The position numbers and the translations under genes are program-made. Below are positions 31,497 to 41,565 of a stretch of 64,000 nucleotides of DNA, one piece after another (positions within the stretch are counted from its first letter, which is position 1; every line of letters begins with the position of its first letter). The stretch spans positions 3,431,455 to 3,495,454 of the forward strand of contig OZ316899.1 of the NCBI GenBank assembly GCA_973895155.1, written 5' to 3'. Source of the stretch: Marsupella aquatica (lineage: Eukaryota > Plantae > Marchantiophyta). The notes beneath the pieces were generated by a model. The model saw only the letters and a program-made list of their open reading frames with translations. It had not been told where the DNA came from and did not search any database.

Positions 31497-34400
31497 ACAG
31501 GAATCACTCGGCCAGTTAAGTGGGTAAAGCAGGAAGGCACCCTAGGAACACCTTAGTATAGGGACAAAACAAGGAAAATATAAACAATTAGGGGCAACCA
31601 TGGAACCCGGGCCGAGGCCGGAGGTAAGGACGCTGAGGGTGAAAACTCGATTAGGGTTAGGGCGCGTTAAGCGTCGGCGGCTAGGAAGGATCAACGGGAA
31701 GAAGGACCGGCAGAGGAGAGGGGTAAGGAGCGCTTGCAGGAGATGGTGGCTCATTTGCGAGCACGAACTAGGCAGACGACTACGGGAGGCCAACTACTGT
31801 CAGCTGCTTAGGCAAGCACTCGGGGAGAGAGTAGATACCGACGATCGACCTAAGGAGGGTATGAGCAACGTCAATCAAGCGGCACATTTCTGGGGATGCT
31901 TGTTCGAACGGGCAACTGAGTACATCAAGACTTACGAGGACGAGGAATCAGAAAGGGCAGCTCAAGAACGGCAGGAGCTTGCTCGATTGTGGGAGCTGCA
32001 GAAGACGGCTTTCTTAGGAGGCGAACTCATCAAGGACGAGTTCCTGTGGACGCCTACTTCCAATCAACTCGACGATCTTCTGTTTTGCAAAGACAGCGTC
32101 GTCGGCATCCGAGAGGCCATCAAGAACTGCAATGACATACACTGGGAATTAAAGGGTAGCACGGAAAGGTGGACCCAGGCAACGGTGCTAGGAGAAACCT
32201 CCACGGCAGCAGAGATGAAGAGGAAGGGAGCCGTCAACGATGAAGCCACCCCGGCAAAAAGAACGAGGTCGGCGGCACCAAAGAAGACAGTCGGGCAGCA
32301 GAGCAGGAGGCAAGGAGAAGCCGAAGAGGAGGAGGTCGATCCCATCAAGGCCATTCCAACCAGGGATGACACCTGGAAGGGCTGGGCGGCAACCCTACCG
32401 GTGGAGGTGCAACTACATTTTGCAAGGGAGGAGGATGCATGCTTTACGGCCATGCAGACCAAGAAGTACCAAGGCTTCATGGCCGGATCCGGCTTAGAGG
32501 CCTTTGTAAGATTACCATGGCTGAAGCCGGAGGTACCGGAGTCAGACCTATTAGAATTCGTGGGGTCATGGGAACCCGAGACCAATTGCACGAGGATATA
32601 TGGGAAGGATTTCTTTCTTACTCCCAAGGTAATTGCCGAAGTGTTTGGCTTGCCGATAGGCAATAAGACCAAAGTTGATACCAGGAAGACCTTGCCTGAC
32701 AAGGAGTTCCGGTCGTTCCCCGGGCCATCAACGAAGAATGGCTTCTTCCGGAACACCTGCACCAACCCGCACATAGGAGAGATGATCGACTTCTTGCGGG
32801 TGACCATGCATTGTAACTTGCCGAGGGCAAAGATCGGCAAGGCACAGGTCTATCTGGCAGAGAGGCCAGACCCAAGCCGGGACTACAACGGGTACCTCCT
32901 CAACCAATTGAAGAAGATCTTAAAGGAGGAGCAGCAGGTAATCGGCATGGGGAGCGTGTCGCGGCTTGGCTATCACATGCCGCTGTTGTGCCGGTATGCC
33001 AGAGGTAAGACTTTTGCCCCAGTACTTCCCCTGCAGGTAAGGGCACCCGAGGAAGCTCCAACGCCGAGGCCGTTGGCTGAGAAGCCTCAACCACCTGTTA
33101 GCCCTACGATCGAGCAGGTGTTTAGGCCCAGGAAGGAGGACTTGCCGATGCAGCAACCAGGCATGCAGAGTCTGCTGAAACTACTGGAGAAAGAAAAGAG
33201 ATCGGCATCGGCAACAACAACGGCAACGGCAACAATGCAGGACACTACTACAGAGGTAGGCCTACACCGGCTCACAAGAGAAAACCCCTTTGCTGGAGAC
33301 AAGGAGAGAATCAGGCCGGAATCCAAGCCAGGTGTTCGAATGTATGTGGGAATCTCAAGCTCCCAATCTGAGGCAGAATTGCCTGAAGCTCCTACCGACG
33401 AAGAGGAGAGGGAGAAGCCGGACGTCCAAGAAGTAGAGGAGGCAGTGGAGGACTGCAGCCATGATAATTCCGGCTATGGGTCGGACCATCACGTTCCAGG
33501 AGTAAGGACCTGTGGCCGGTTTGTCCCCACACTTCCAAGGGTAGTGCGAGGGGACCCCAACCAGCAGAGTAGCCCTGAGTCTCCCCCACCAGATGTTGCT
33601 CCCCCGAGCTTTGACGGCATAAAACAGACGGTGCAGGAATTTCAGGAGCGAATCAAGCAGGAGGAGGAGGCAGCCCTGGCTAAGGAAAAGGATTTACCAG
33701 GAGGAGATTGGCCGGAGGACATCAGGCGGCTAGCCAAAAAAGGAAGCAAACCTCTAGCCATGATTGAAGAGATCCGCAGGACGGCTTGGGAGCAGAGGCC
33801 GCGATGGGCGATGCCGATCACTTCTACTTACTCCACCTACGCTAAGAATAGAGCCATGGAGTATGGTGAGATGTGTGGGGAACTTGCGCTCGGCATCTTT
33901 GGAGAGGAGTTGGAGGTAGGACCCTTTTTCCATAGGGAGCAGTTGGAGAAGCACCAATTAGAAGAAGCGGTGGCTTTAGAGAGAAGCAAGAAGGACGAGG
34001 TCATTCGGCGGCTTAGGAGGATGGAAGCCGAGATTGAAGATCTAAGGGCGGCCAAGAAAGCCCAAGATGAACTGCGGATTAAACGGCATGAGCTGAACAT
34101 CATGCAGGGGCAGTTGGACACCGCACAGGCTGATAATCAGAATATCAAGGATAAACTGACTCAGACGCAGGGAGAGTTGGCCGACACGATCAAAGAGAGG
34201 GAGAAGTGGAAGCGAGAGCTGAAGAATACAGAGGAGGCCCACATAACAGCCAACAGCCGGGCCATGGCGGAGACCCAAAGAAAGGAATGGGCGTTGAAGG
34301 GGGAGCTCAAGAAAATCCGCGGAGCCCTTGAGCAGAAGGAGGCCGAGTTAGGGAAATCCTATCAAGGGATTATGGCGCTGCAGCAGGAGCTTGCGTCCCT

Positions 34401-36146
34401 GACGGCCAGCTTCAAGGCCGACCTAAGGGAGAAGGACGAGATACTCGATCAGACTTACGCCAAGATGAACCGAATGGAGTCTGTCATCATTGCAGAGCTC
34501 GACAAGGAGCTAAGAGCAACCCGGGAGGAGAGGACTACCTTGAAACAAGAACGGGAGGAAGCCCAGAAGGAACTAGAGGAGGCGCGCAAGGACTTGGATG
34601 AGACCCAGGAGGAGTTGGAGGAAATCACGAGGAAGATGGAGAACCTCCAGCGGCGGGCCGACAACCAAACGGAGCGGCTGAAGAAACAAGCCGCAGTATT
34701 TAAGTGCTTGTCTTCATCAGGCCCAACTCCAACTGGGGCAACCAAGTTACCAGGAGTGGTACTGGCCGAAGAAAAAGTCGCGCCACCTGCACCAGTGCCG
34801 GAAGTAAGTGGGAAGGGGAAGGGACCAGCTGCCGAACCAGAAAAGAAGAAGAAGCGGAAACCTTCAGGGTCAAGGAGTAATCCGACTCCACAAGCCGTGG
34901 TGACCAAGGAGGTAGAACCAGCACCATCCTCCGGCATAAATACGGCAATAGATCTCGCTATCATCACAAGTGGGGGTGGTGCGGCCCAAGCCGAACTACT
35001 CAGTAATGAGGCCGGTATCCCAAATCCGCCTCTTGAGCAGGCCAGGGAGACCGTAGCCGAGGCTGAGGCCGTAACCGATTCCCGAGCCGATGCCGACGCC
35101 GATGGTGGACCCAGTCAGGCCGATGGAGAGTTGACTCAGTCAAGGGCAGGTAATCTGTCAGAGAATGAACCTACGGCAGTGGCTGAGGAGGAAGCGTTGG
35201 GGGCGTCCATTAAGGATCCACCACCGGTGTCGTGACGGTGCAAGGGTGTCGTTCCTTTTAGGGAGGGCGGACGTGGAGGGAGGAGGCGTGAGTGGGCAGG
35301 GCGGGCGCTGATCTCCAAGTTTAGGATTAGGATCAGGACCAGGAGCGGCCCTGACACTTAGCTTAGTGGGATTGCGGTTCCACTGGTAGGAGCAACACTT
35401 GTGCTCCTGCCTTGCTGTACATAGGTAGATTCGGGCAAGTAGATTACTGTTAGGTAGATTAGGCTTACGATGCAAAGAATGGCGGATCCACTACCAGGAT
35501 AAGTACCTGGGCAGCGGGGAGCTCAGGGCCTCTTCTTTAGCAAGTTTTTAGTTTGCACCAGCCGGGCTGGGATCAAGTAGTACGAGAAGCTCTCGGTTAG
35601 TCATACAGTGACCCTTGTGTATATTCATGTTTCCTCATGCCTAAGAGCTGAATAGAAATGGCCTCACGGCTTAGTTCGTAGAGCTTGTGTATGAGATGTA
35701 CTGTTTGTATGGCAAGTGCATGGTATGACTCAGTCAGAATGAGTCATTTTGCTATTTGTGTGTCGCATTAACTTGTGTGAAGAGTGCCCACATCAACCAG
35801 AAGGAAGGAAAGTAAGCAGGGGAGTGAGAGTTGGATGTGTCGAGCTGAGAGAGGTCTTAGCGGCTTAACCAAGCCTATTGGGGATCATTCCGGCGGCGGA
35901 ATCCAAACATACCTAACAAGACGGAGGGGAAGACAGGGGAAGGCCTAGATTAGGCCGGCTACGTATCTCATGACCCGATGAAGGATCTGTCCAGTATATG
36001 TGTGTAAAATGTTAATAGTAGTAGTAGAAGGTTAGCAGCGTCCCATGCCGCTAAGCCGCGGAAACGGCCTCGCCAAGCGCGAAACCTGCGGGAATCGGCT
36101 TGAGCTGGGGGTTTCTTGGGTTTAGGGAGCCATGGGACGCACCACA
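31485..36146 (+). repeat. 3' LTR of A copy 2 (4662 bp)
   Basis: TGTGATG...GCACCACA between the PPT and the TSD. Confidence 0.94.
31600..35235 (+). CDS. Intact LTR-encoded protein of family A (1211 aa, or 1124 aa from ATG 31861)
   Basis: Uninterrupted frame with a bipartite NLS-like motif (KRK-x10-KRTR), a central domain shared with the B protein, a long heptad coiled coil and no obvious transmembrane stretch. Confidence 0.88.
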   Translation: MEPGPRPEVRTLRVKTRLGLGRVKRRRLGRINGKKDRQRRGVRSACRRWWLICEHELGRRLREANYCQLLRQALGERVDTDDRPKEGMSNVNQAAHFWGCLFERATEYIKTYEDEESERAAQERQELARLWELQKTAFLGGELIKDEFLWTPTSNQLDDLLFCKDSVVGIREAIKNCNDIHWELKGSTERWTQATVLGETSTAAEMKRKGAVNDEATPAKRTRSAAPKKTVGQQSRRQGEAEEEEVDPIKAIPTRDDTWKGWAATLPVEVQLHFAREEDACFTAMQTKKYQGFMAGSGLEAFVRLPWLKPEVPESDLLEFVGSWEPETNCTRIYGKDFFLTPKVIAEVFGLPIGNKTKVDTRKTLPDKEFRSFPGPSTKNGFFRNTCTNPHIGEMIDFLRVTMHCNLPRAKIGKAQVYLAERPDPSRDYNGYLLNQLKKILKEEQQVIGMGSVSRLGYHMPLLCRYARGKTFAPVLPLQVRAPEEAPTPRPLAEKPQPPVSPTIEQVFRPRKEDLPMQQPGMQSLLKLLEKEKRSASATTTATATMQDTTTEVGLHRLTRENPFAGDKERIRPESKPGVRMYVGISSSQSEAELPEAPTDEEEREKPDVQEVEEAVEDCSHDNSGYGSDHHVPGVRTCGRFVPTLPRVVRGDPNQQSSPESPPPDVAPPSFDGIKQTVQEFQERIKQEEEAALAKEKDLPGGDWPEDIRRLAKKGSKPLAMIEEIRRTAWEQRPRWAMPITSTYSTYAKNRAMEYGEMCGELALGIFGEELEVGPFFHREQLEKHQLEEAVALERSKKDEVIRRLRRMEAEIEDLRAAKKAQDELRIKRHELNIMQGQLDTAQADNQNIKDKLTQTQGELADTIKEREKWKRELKNTEEAHITANSRAMAETQRKEWALKGELKKIRGALEQKEAELGKSYQGIMALQQELASLTASFKADLREKDEILDQTYAKMNRMESVIIAELDKELRATREERTTLKQEREEAQKELEEARKDLDETQEELEEITRKMENLQRRADNQTERLKKQAAVFKCLSSSGPTPTGATKLPGVVLAEEKVAPPAPVPEVSGKGKGPAAEPEKKKKRKPSGSRSNPTPQAVVTKEVEPAPSSGINTAIDLAIITSGGGAAQAELLSNEAGIPNPPLEQARETVAEAEAVTDSRADADADGGPSQADGELTQSRAGNLSENEPTAVAEEEALGASIKDPPPVS

Positions 36147-36689
36147 AAATGTCACTGCAGAAACATGGGACATGAAATTTTGTTCTTATCACAATATTTC
36201 TACCCTGTGACGGGGGCTGAATGAAGTCGCAGGGTTTGTGGATCACTTGAGTCAAGTGATTCCTAGGGACAGAGTATGGCCCATGCTCAATGTCCCTGAC
36301 TAGACATTGGAGTATGCCGTCACTTATCAAAAAATTGCATGTGTAAATGAATACACTGGATTTATTTTGAAGGTTATGTGAAGATACAATTGATCCAGTG
36401 TTTTAGTCTATGATGAATGTCGTTCATTCGGACCTGTATGAATGATAAATATACTGATTGACAGCTACCTATATGGATATATTAATAAAAGTGAACAGCA
36501 ATCGGGATGTATGTATGAGATTATGAGTATGCCATTACCATCTATATGGTATATGTATGGAAATAAATATAAGTATGGGCGATGCGCTTGAATGGAGAAT
36601 ATAAAGTGGATCTTGGAATGCTATGTTGTCAGTAACAATTGGTCCTGAAGTTATGTCAGGGTGTGATTCTATGTGTATGGACACAAGTT

Positions 36690-38444
36690 TATCTCTCTCG
36701 TCTATGGTTGGTACGACCCCTAACAATCTCCACCGCAGGGGAGAGGTCAAAAGAAGACCGGCCCTGTGTACCTAAACTGCCCTCCTGCCCACAGTCTACT
36801 AGGGCCTCCTCTTGCGTATTAGGCTCCTCCCCTCTATGATCTGCCTCCTCATCCTCCGCGATGGGCCGTGCCACTAACCCCTCCGAAGGAGTCCAATCCT
36901 CATGCACATGACATAAGATTTCATTTTCCCTTGTGCAAATAGTGGATGCAAAACCTAGCATAGCAAGAACCTAACCTGACTATGTAACTTACCACTGGGT
37001 GGTCCTCCGGGAGAGAGTTCAGCTTAGCCTGGAGGGCCACCGGGCCATAGCGTTTTGAATAGAGCTGCTCTTGCTCACTTGGCTCGGCATTGGCTCCAAA
37101 CTTGCGTTTCTGCAGGAAATTGGAGAACGTCATCACCACCATCATTAGTTACAGAGGTGCAAACGACGTTTTTGACTTAACGTCATCCAAATCAAGGTTT
37201 AGTGTTTAGCTGCCATATTAACGATTCAAGAACAACGTTAATTAAATGTAAAGTTGTGAGAGACAACGTTAGGTAGGAAGAACGTAGGATGGGGAGACGT
37301 AAATTGTGGCATGTACAACGTTAGAGGGGAAAAATGACGTTAAGTTAGTGTTCTCACCGCAGCGGCCAAAGCATGAACAAGCTGTGCTTTGAAGAGGGTG
37401 GGGGACTTACATAGGTTGCAAGGAAGCCTCGCCAGCCTCCCTGGCCCCAAAAATTGGTCACACGCAAGTGGCCATTCGATTTGCGGGCTGCAGCAGCTTT
37501 GTCCCCCATGTGTACTCGCTTGCCTACTGGGGTGTTAGGTGTTGCTTCCAACTCAGTCATGATCAACTTGAAGTTGGCCTCGCTCATTCCTTCTGGTTTC
37601 AGGTATTGCTCTATCCTTGGGCATCTCCTTTTTCAAACCTTGTGTCTCCATCTAAACCTCCAATCTGCAAGGTAGCCTACGATCTTCTGTCTGATGTGCC
37701 TGTAGTCTATTTCACGGCCGTTCCTAAACCCAGCCTGCACATCATTCAGGAGGAGCTAAAACTTCTTTGGGTTTTGCGCAAGATCCTTCCAAGTTGTCCA
37801 ACCAGGACAGTGCTTGGCACAACACGTCTGCACTTGATTTATGAGGGCCTTCTCATCCAAAACATCCGGCCTAGCATCAAATGCATCCAAGGTGATGGTT
37901 GGTAGTTTGTCTTGACTCACAGCAGTAGTTACAGGTCGCACAGGAGAAGGTCATCACTTCTTGTGGGAGTGACATTCACGTTGAGGTGAGTACCTCTCTC
38001 TTCTGTCTGCCCTTGCATCTCGCTCTGTTCTTCTTCTTTTGTATCTGCCTCTATTGTGTGTATCTGCATCTCTATGCTCCTTCCCTTTCCCCTTCCGTCT
38101 TCTCTCATCAAGGTTGCTATTGCTGCTGTGTGGTCTATCACAATGCCTCCTCTGCCTATGAGAGTCCTGATCCTGATTAGGCTGGAATCTATCATGTGCT
38201 ACCCTGACCACACTCTTGATTGGGGTCCCACTAGGTGCCTAAGAATCAGGCTGCATTCCATTGAAGGTAGGATCACCCCATCCATCATCTGGTAGGGATG
38301 AGAAGGAGTTGAGAGCATCAAACAAAGGCCCCCCAACCTCCCCCAAGAGCGCTGCATCTTTGGTTTCCACATAACATCGAGGGCAGGAGCATTGGCCTCT
38401 ATATTTTCCAGGTACTCCAGAAACTAAGACTCCTTGCTTCCTTT
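36690..38444 (-). pseudogene. Decayed multi-exon gene, possibly CACTA TnpA/Ptta-like; its 5' part lies beyond element B at 61675-61845
   Basis: Broken frames with W.WK and KPEGMSEANFKLIM...ARKSNGHLRVTNFWGQGG motifs; a possible GT-AG intron at 37358-37113; the frame reads across the empty site of B. Confidence 0.35.
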
Positions 38445-38802
38445 TGTGACGCTGCCGGTACGGCGGTTAATGAGTGATTCAGTCTAACTGCGCTCGGCAC
38501 GTGCGTTAGGTGGGTCTTAGGCCGCTATTATTAGCATAACAACAGTATTTAGGTAATCATTAGGGGTAGGACATCATTAGGCAATAAGGGGGACTTCAGG
38601 TTCGGGCTGGCGGCGGGTCGCTATTCGCACACCCGGGTTACGAGCGTGGAGGGGCCCCTCCCTCGGGTCCGTATAACGAACTTAAGGAAGCGGCCACTGA
38701 CGCACGCTGACTCAGACCGGCGGAGTGGCCGGTACACCACAAGCGTGAGCGGTTCAACCTATGGGCGTCGAGGAGACGTCGGGGATCGACAAGCCCTCAA
38801 AG

Positions 38803-38810
38803 TATAAAAG
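38803..38810 (+). promoter_or_regulatory. Candidate TATA box for the LTR gene
   Basis: TATAAAAG about 100 nt before ATG 38911, followed by a CT-rich leader; also present at about 58019. Confidence 0.5.
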
Positions 38811-38910
38811 GGGCGTCAACCCTTTGTAGTGCACCAGTCCATCAGTCCGCGCGCCAGCTTCGACCCCAGCTCTCTCGTTCTCTCTAGGTTGCCACTACTA
38901 TCTCCTCTGA

Positions 38911-41565
38911 ATGTCGCACACGATCCTCTCCAGCTCGGCCATTCGATTCTGGACGCAGTTCCTATCTACCGGAAGGCACTTGGCCGATTCATTGAAACAC
39001 GCCAACCCGCGCCGATACGAGATCGAACGCGAATACGAGAGAGCCATCCGCCTAGCAGGACGACACCACTACATCCTTAACTTTGACTACCCGTCTCAGA
39101 GCGAGCTTTACCGACCAGCTGAGGTATCTGGGTACTTCTTCAACGGAGACAAATATATCGGGTTCTGGGAAGCATTGCTTCGGCTTCCGGATGAGGTCTT
39201 CAATATCCCGGGTACAATCGACCTGCAGCGACATCACTTCGACCACATCCCTGCCCAGGTTTGGGCTGTCATTAACGGCGAGTCCAGTACCAACCGTTCG
39301 ACAAGGGCGTCCGCACTCGCTTCGGAGAACTTCTACCAGCACCTGCAGAGCTTCATGGGAACTCGGCCATCAACCAACATGACCAACTCAGCCGGACCTG
39401 TACCCGTACCCGTACCCGTGCCCGTGCCCATGCAACCCCAGCCTCAACTTCAGCTTCAGCCTCAGCCGCAGCCTAGCCAAACCCCACCACCTATCACCCA
39501 GCCAGCACAGGTACGCTCCGTCATCAACGCTGTGGATCTTAGCGATGATGACGAGGCTACCCCACCCTTGACCAGGCGGCCCAGAGGAACAAGCGCGCGG
39601 GGGGCCGACACTATATCGTCCCCACCCCCTGCTCTGACCCCAGGAGCGGCCCCAGCAGACAACATAGTGATCGTGGCCGCCCCGGGCCCGTTACCAACCG
39701 CAGTGGCACTCCCCAGGCCCGATCGGGAGGATGGGGAAGTATCACCTTCCCCGAGTCAGTCACGGGGAAAGAAGAGGAAGGAATCCGCCACTGCATCCGG
39801 GTTACCGTTGGCCACGGTAGCCGTAGCCAAGGTGTCGATGCATTGCATGGGGGAAAACGTTCATAGCAACATCCTCCATCCCAAGCATGCGGTGTATCTG
39901 AAGACTCAGGGATTTGAGCACCTCACCTCTCTCCCCTGGAACACTTGCAGGTACTACGGGGAGGACATGACAGAATTCGTCAAGAATTATGACGACGTAC
40001 GTCAACAAACTCGGCTGCGGGGAAGGAATATGTCCCTCACAGAAGAACGGCTCAAGATGATCTTCGTGTTACCCAAAGGTGACCATCGAGTCGAATCACG
40101 GGCTCCCGGGGGCAAGGAGGCCAAGTACCAATCTTCAAGTTTTCCCTCAGAGGGATCAGTAGACAACGGGTTCGTGATGAGGACCTGCCTCATGCCCGAG
40201 ATAGCTGAGCGGCTGGAGTTCCAGAGGTACGCTCTCCACATGATGGAACCCCGGGGGGAGATCTCCGCCACCCAGGTTATCCAGGTCGAGAACTATCGAC
40301 CTAGGAAATGGGCGTCGTACTTCGCTAAGAAATTCCATGAAGAGATGGAGCGGCGAAGGAAGACGCTGTACATTGGCGGGAAGGCGTATTTTGCTAGCCA
40401 TATCAAAATCATTCTTGAGTGGTACGCCCGGTTTGATCGACGAACCCTTCCCCGCATCAACGTTACAAAGCTGGTCCCAGCTAGGTGGGTTTTTCCGGCA
40501 TTGGAGAGACGGCCCCAACCCGAGGCCCGAAGTCCAGTGGACACGCCAGCTTCACCCACCCCACCTCCACAAATAGCTGTAATCGTAACCGAGGAGGCGC
40601 CGGAGGGGTCGGTCGTCGCAACCGTTGATGCGATCCAACTAGCCGGGCTAAGTACAGAAGTTGGTACGGCAGAGGTCTTACCCGAACCCGGGTCTCCCAA
40701 GGACCCGCCGGTGGCAATTCCGGAGAACCGGACATCGCTGCAGGAGGACACTCCAGCCCCTTCCAACGTTATGTCCCCAGGGCTGGACGTCACTGCCCCG
40801 GCCCCTGCGCGTGTTGATGTCTGCCCGTGCCCAAATCCGGACAGGCACAACTTGGACCACCCGGAACTCTTCGTACAGGGTACGTTTCTGAACGGGCTTC
40901 TGGGAGATTTCTCTCATCAAATTGCCCGGGATACCGGGGAGTTCATGGCCCAGAAGGTAGCCTGTTTCTTCAATCAGGAGTTGGTTGCCGCCGTAAAGGC
41001 AGGTCGGGCCCAGTCGGAGGCCCTTCAGAGGATAGAGCGGTACCGGGTGGAGTCCGTGTACCTAAAGAACGAAGTGGCGGCTCAAGAGGCTGAGCTTCTG
41101 CAACTACGACCCAAGGTTGTAGCCGCCGATGAGTTGTTAGCAAAGGCGTACGCTCTTACCGCCCTAGCCGAACAGGCCAAAGCTGGGAACGAGGCCGAGA
41201 TTACACGACTCCGGAACCAGATTGACAGTTTGAAGAAACAAGCTGTCACCTGGCAGAAAGACCTGGAGGAGGCCGAGGAGCGAGCCCAGCGGGACGCGAC
41301 AGAGATAGCCACGCTGCAGGCCGAGATGGCGCGGCTCCAAACCGAGGCCGAGAAGCAGGACCAGCTGGCGAGTAAACTGACGAGCGACGCCCAGCAGCTG
41401 GAGGAGGCATGTCAGGAGGCAGCAGAGGAGACGGACGCGGCGAGGCGAGAGAACGAATCTCTGCTGGACCAGGTCCAGCTCCTCAAAGCGGACAATGACA
41501 GGCTTCGAAGGCAGCGGGATGGCCGTTCCCATTCGGGCGGCTCTGGCAAGCGTGCCAGGCATTAG
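38911..41565 (+). CDS. Intact LTR-encoded protein of family B (884 aa)
   Basis: Open frame wholly inside the LTR; RGKKRK and KRARH basic motifs; central domain alignable with the A protein; C-terminal coiled coil. Confidence 0.88.
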   Translation: MSHTILSSSAIRFWTQFLSTGRHLADSLKHANPRRYEIEREYERAIRLAGRHHYILNFDYPSQSELYRPAEVSGYFFNGDKYIGFWEALLRLPDEVFNIPGTIDLQRHHFDHIPAQVWAVINGESSTNRSTRASALASENFYQHLQSFMGTRPSTNMTNSAGPVPVPVPVPVPMQPQPQLQLQPQPQPSQTPPPITQPAQVRSVINAVDLSDDDEATPPLTRRPRGTSARGADTISSPPPALTPGAAPADNIVIVAAPGPLPTAVALPRPDREDGEVSPSPSQSRGKKRKESATASGLPLATVAVAKVSMHCMGENVHSNILHPKHAVYLKTQGFEHLTSLPWNTCRYYGEDMTEFVKNYDDVRQQTRLRGRNMSLTEERLKMIFVLPKGDHRVESRAPGGKEAKYQSSSFPSEGSVDNGFVMRTCLMPEIAERLEFQRYALHMMEPRGEISATQVIQVENYRPRKWASYFAKKFHEEMERRRKTLYIGGKAYFASHIKIILEWYARFDRRTLPRINVTKLVPARWVFPALERRPQPEARSPVDTPASPTPPPQIAVIVTEEAPEGSVVATVDAIQLAGLSTEVGTAEVLPEPGSPKDPPVAIPENRTSLQEDTPAPSNVMSPGLDVTAPAPARVDVCPCPNPDRHNLDHPELFVQGTFLNGLLGDFSHQIARDTGEFMAQKVACFFNQELVAAVKAGRAQSEALQRIERYRVESVYLKNEVAAQEAELLQLRPKVVAADELLAKAYALTALAEQAKAGNEAEITRLRNQIDSLKKQAVTWQKDLEEAEERAQRDATEIATLQAEMARLQTEAEKQDQLASKLTSDAQQLEEACQEAAEETDAARRENESLLDQVQLLKADNDRLRRQRDGRSHSGGSGKRARH

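Larger units (their letters stand above)
21560..36146 (+). mobile_element. Ty3/gypsy family A copy 2, full length, with TSD
   Basis: Flanks AAACG (21555-21559) and AAATG (36147-36151). The rejoined empty site matches the paralogous host segment at 4157. Confidence 0.93.
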
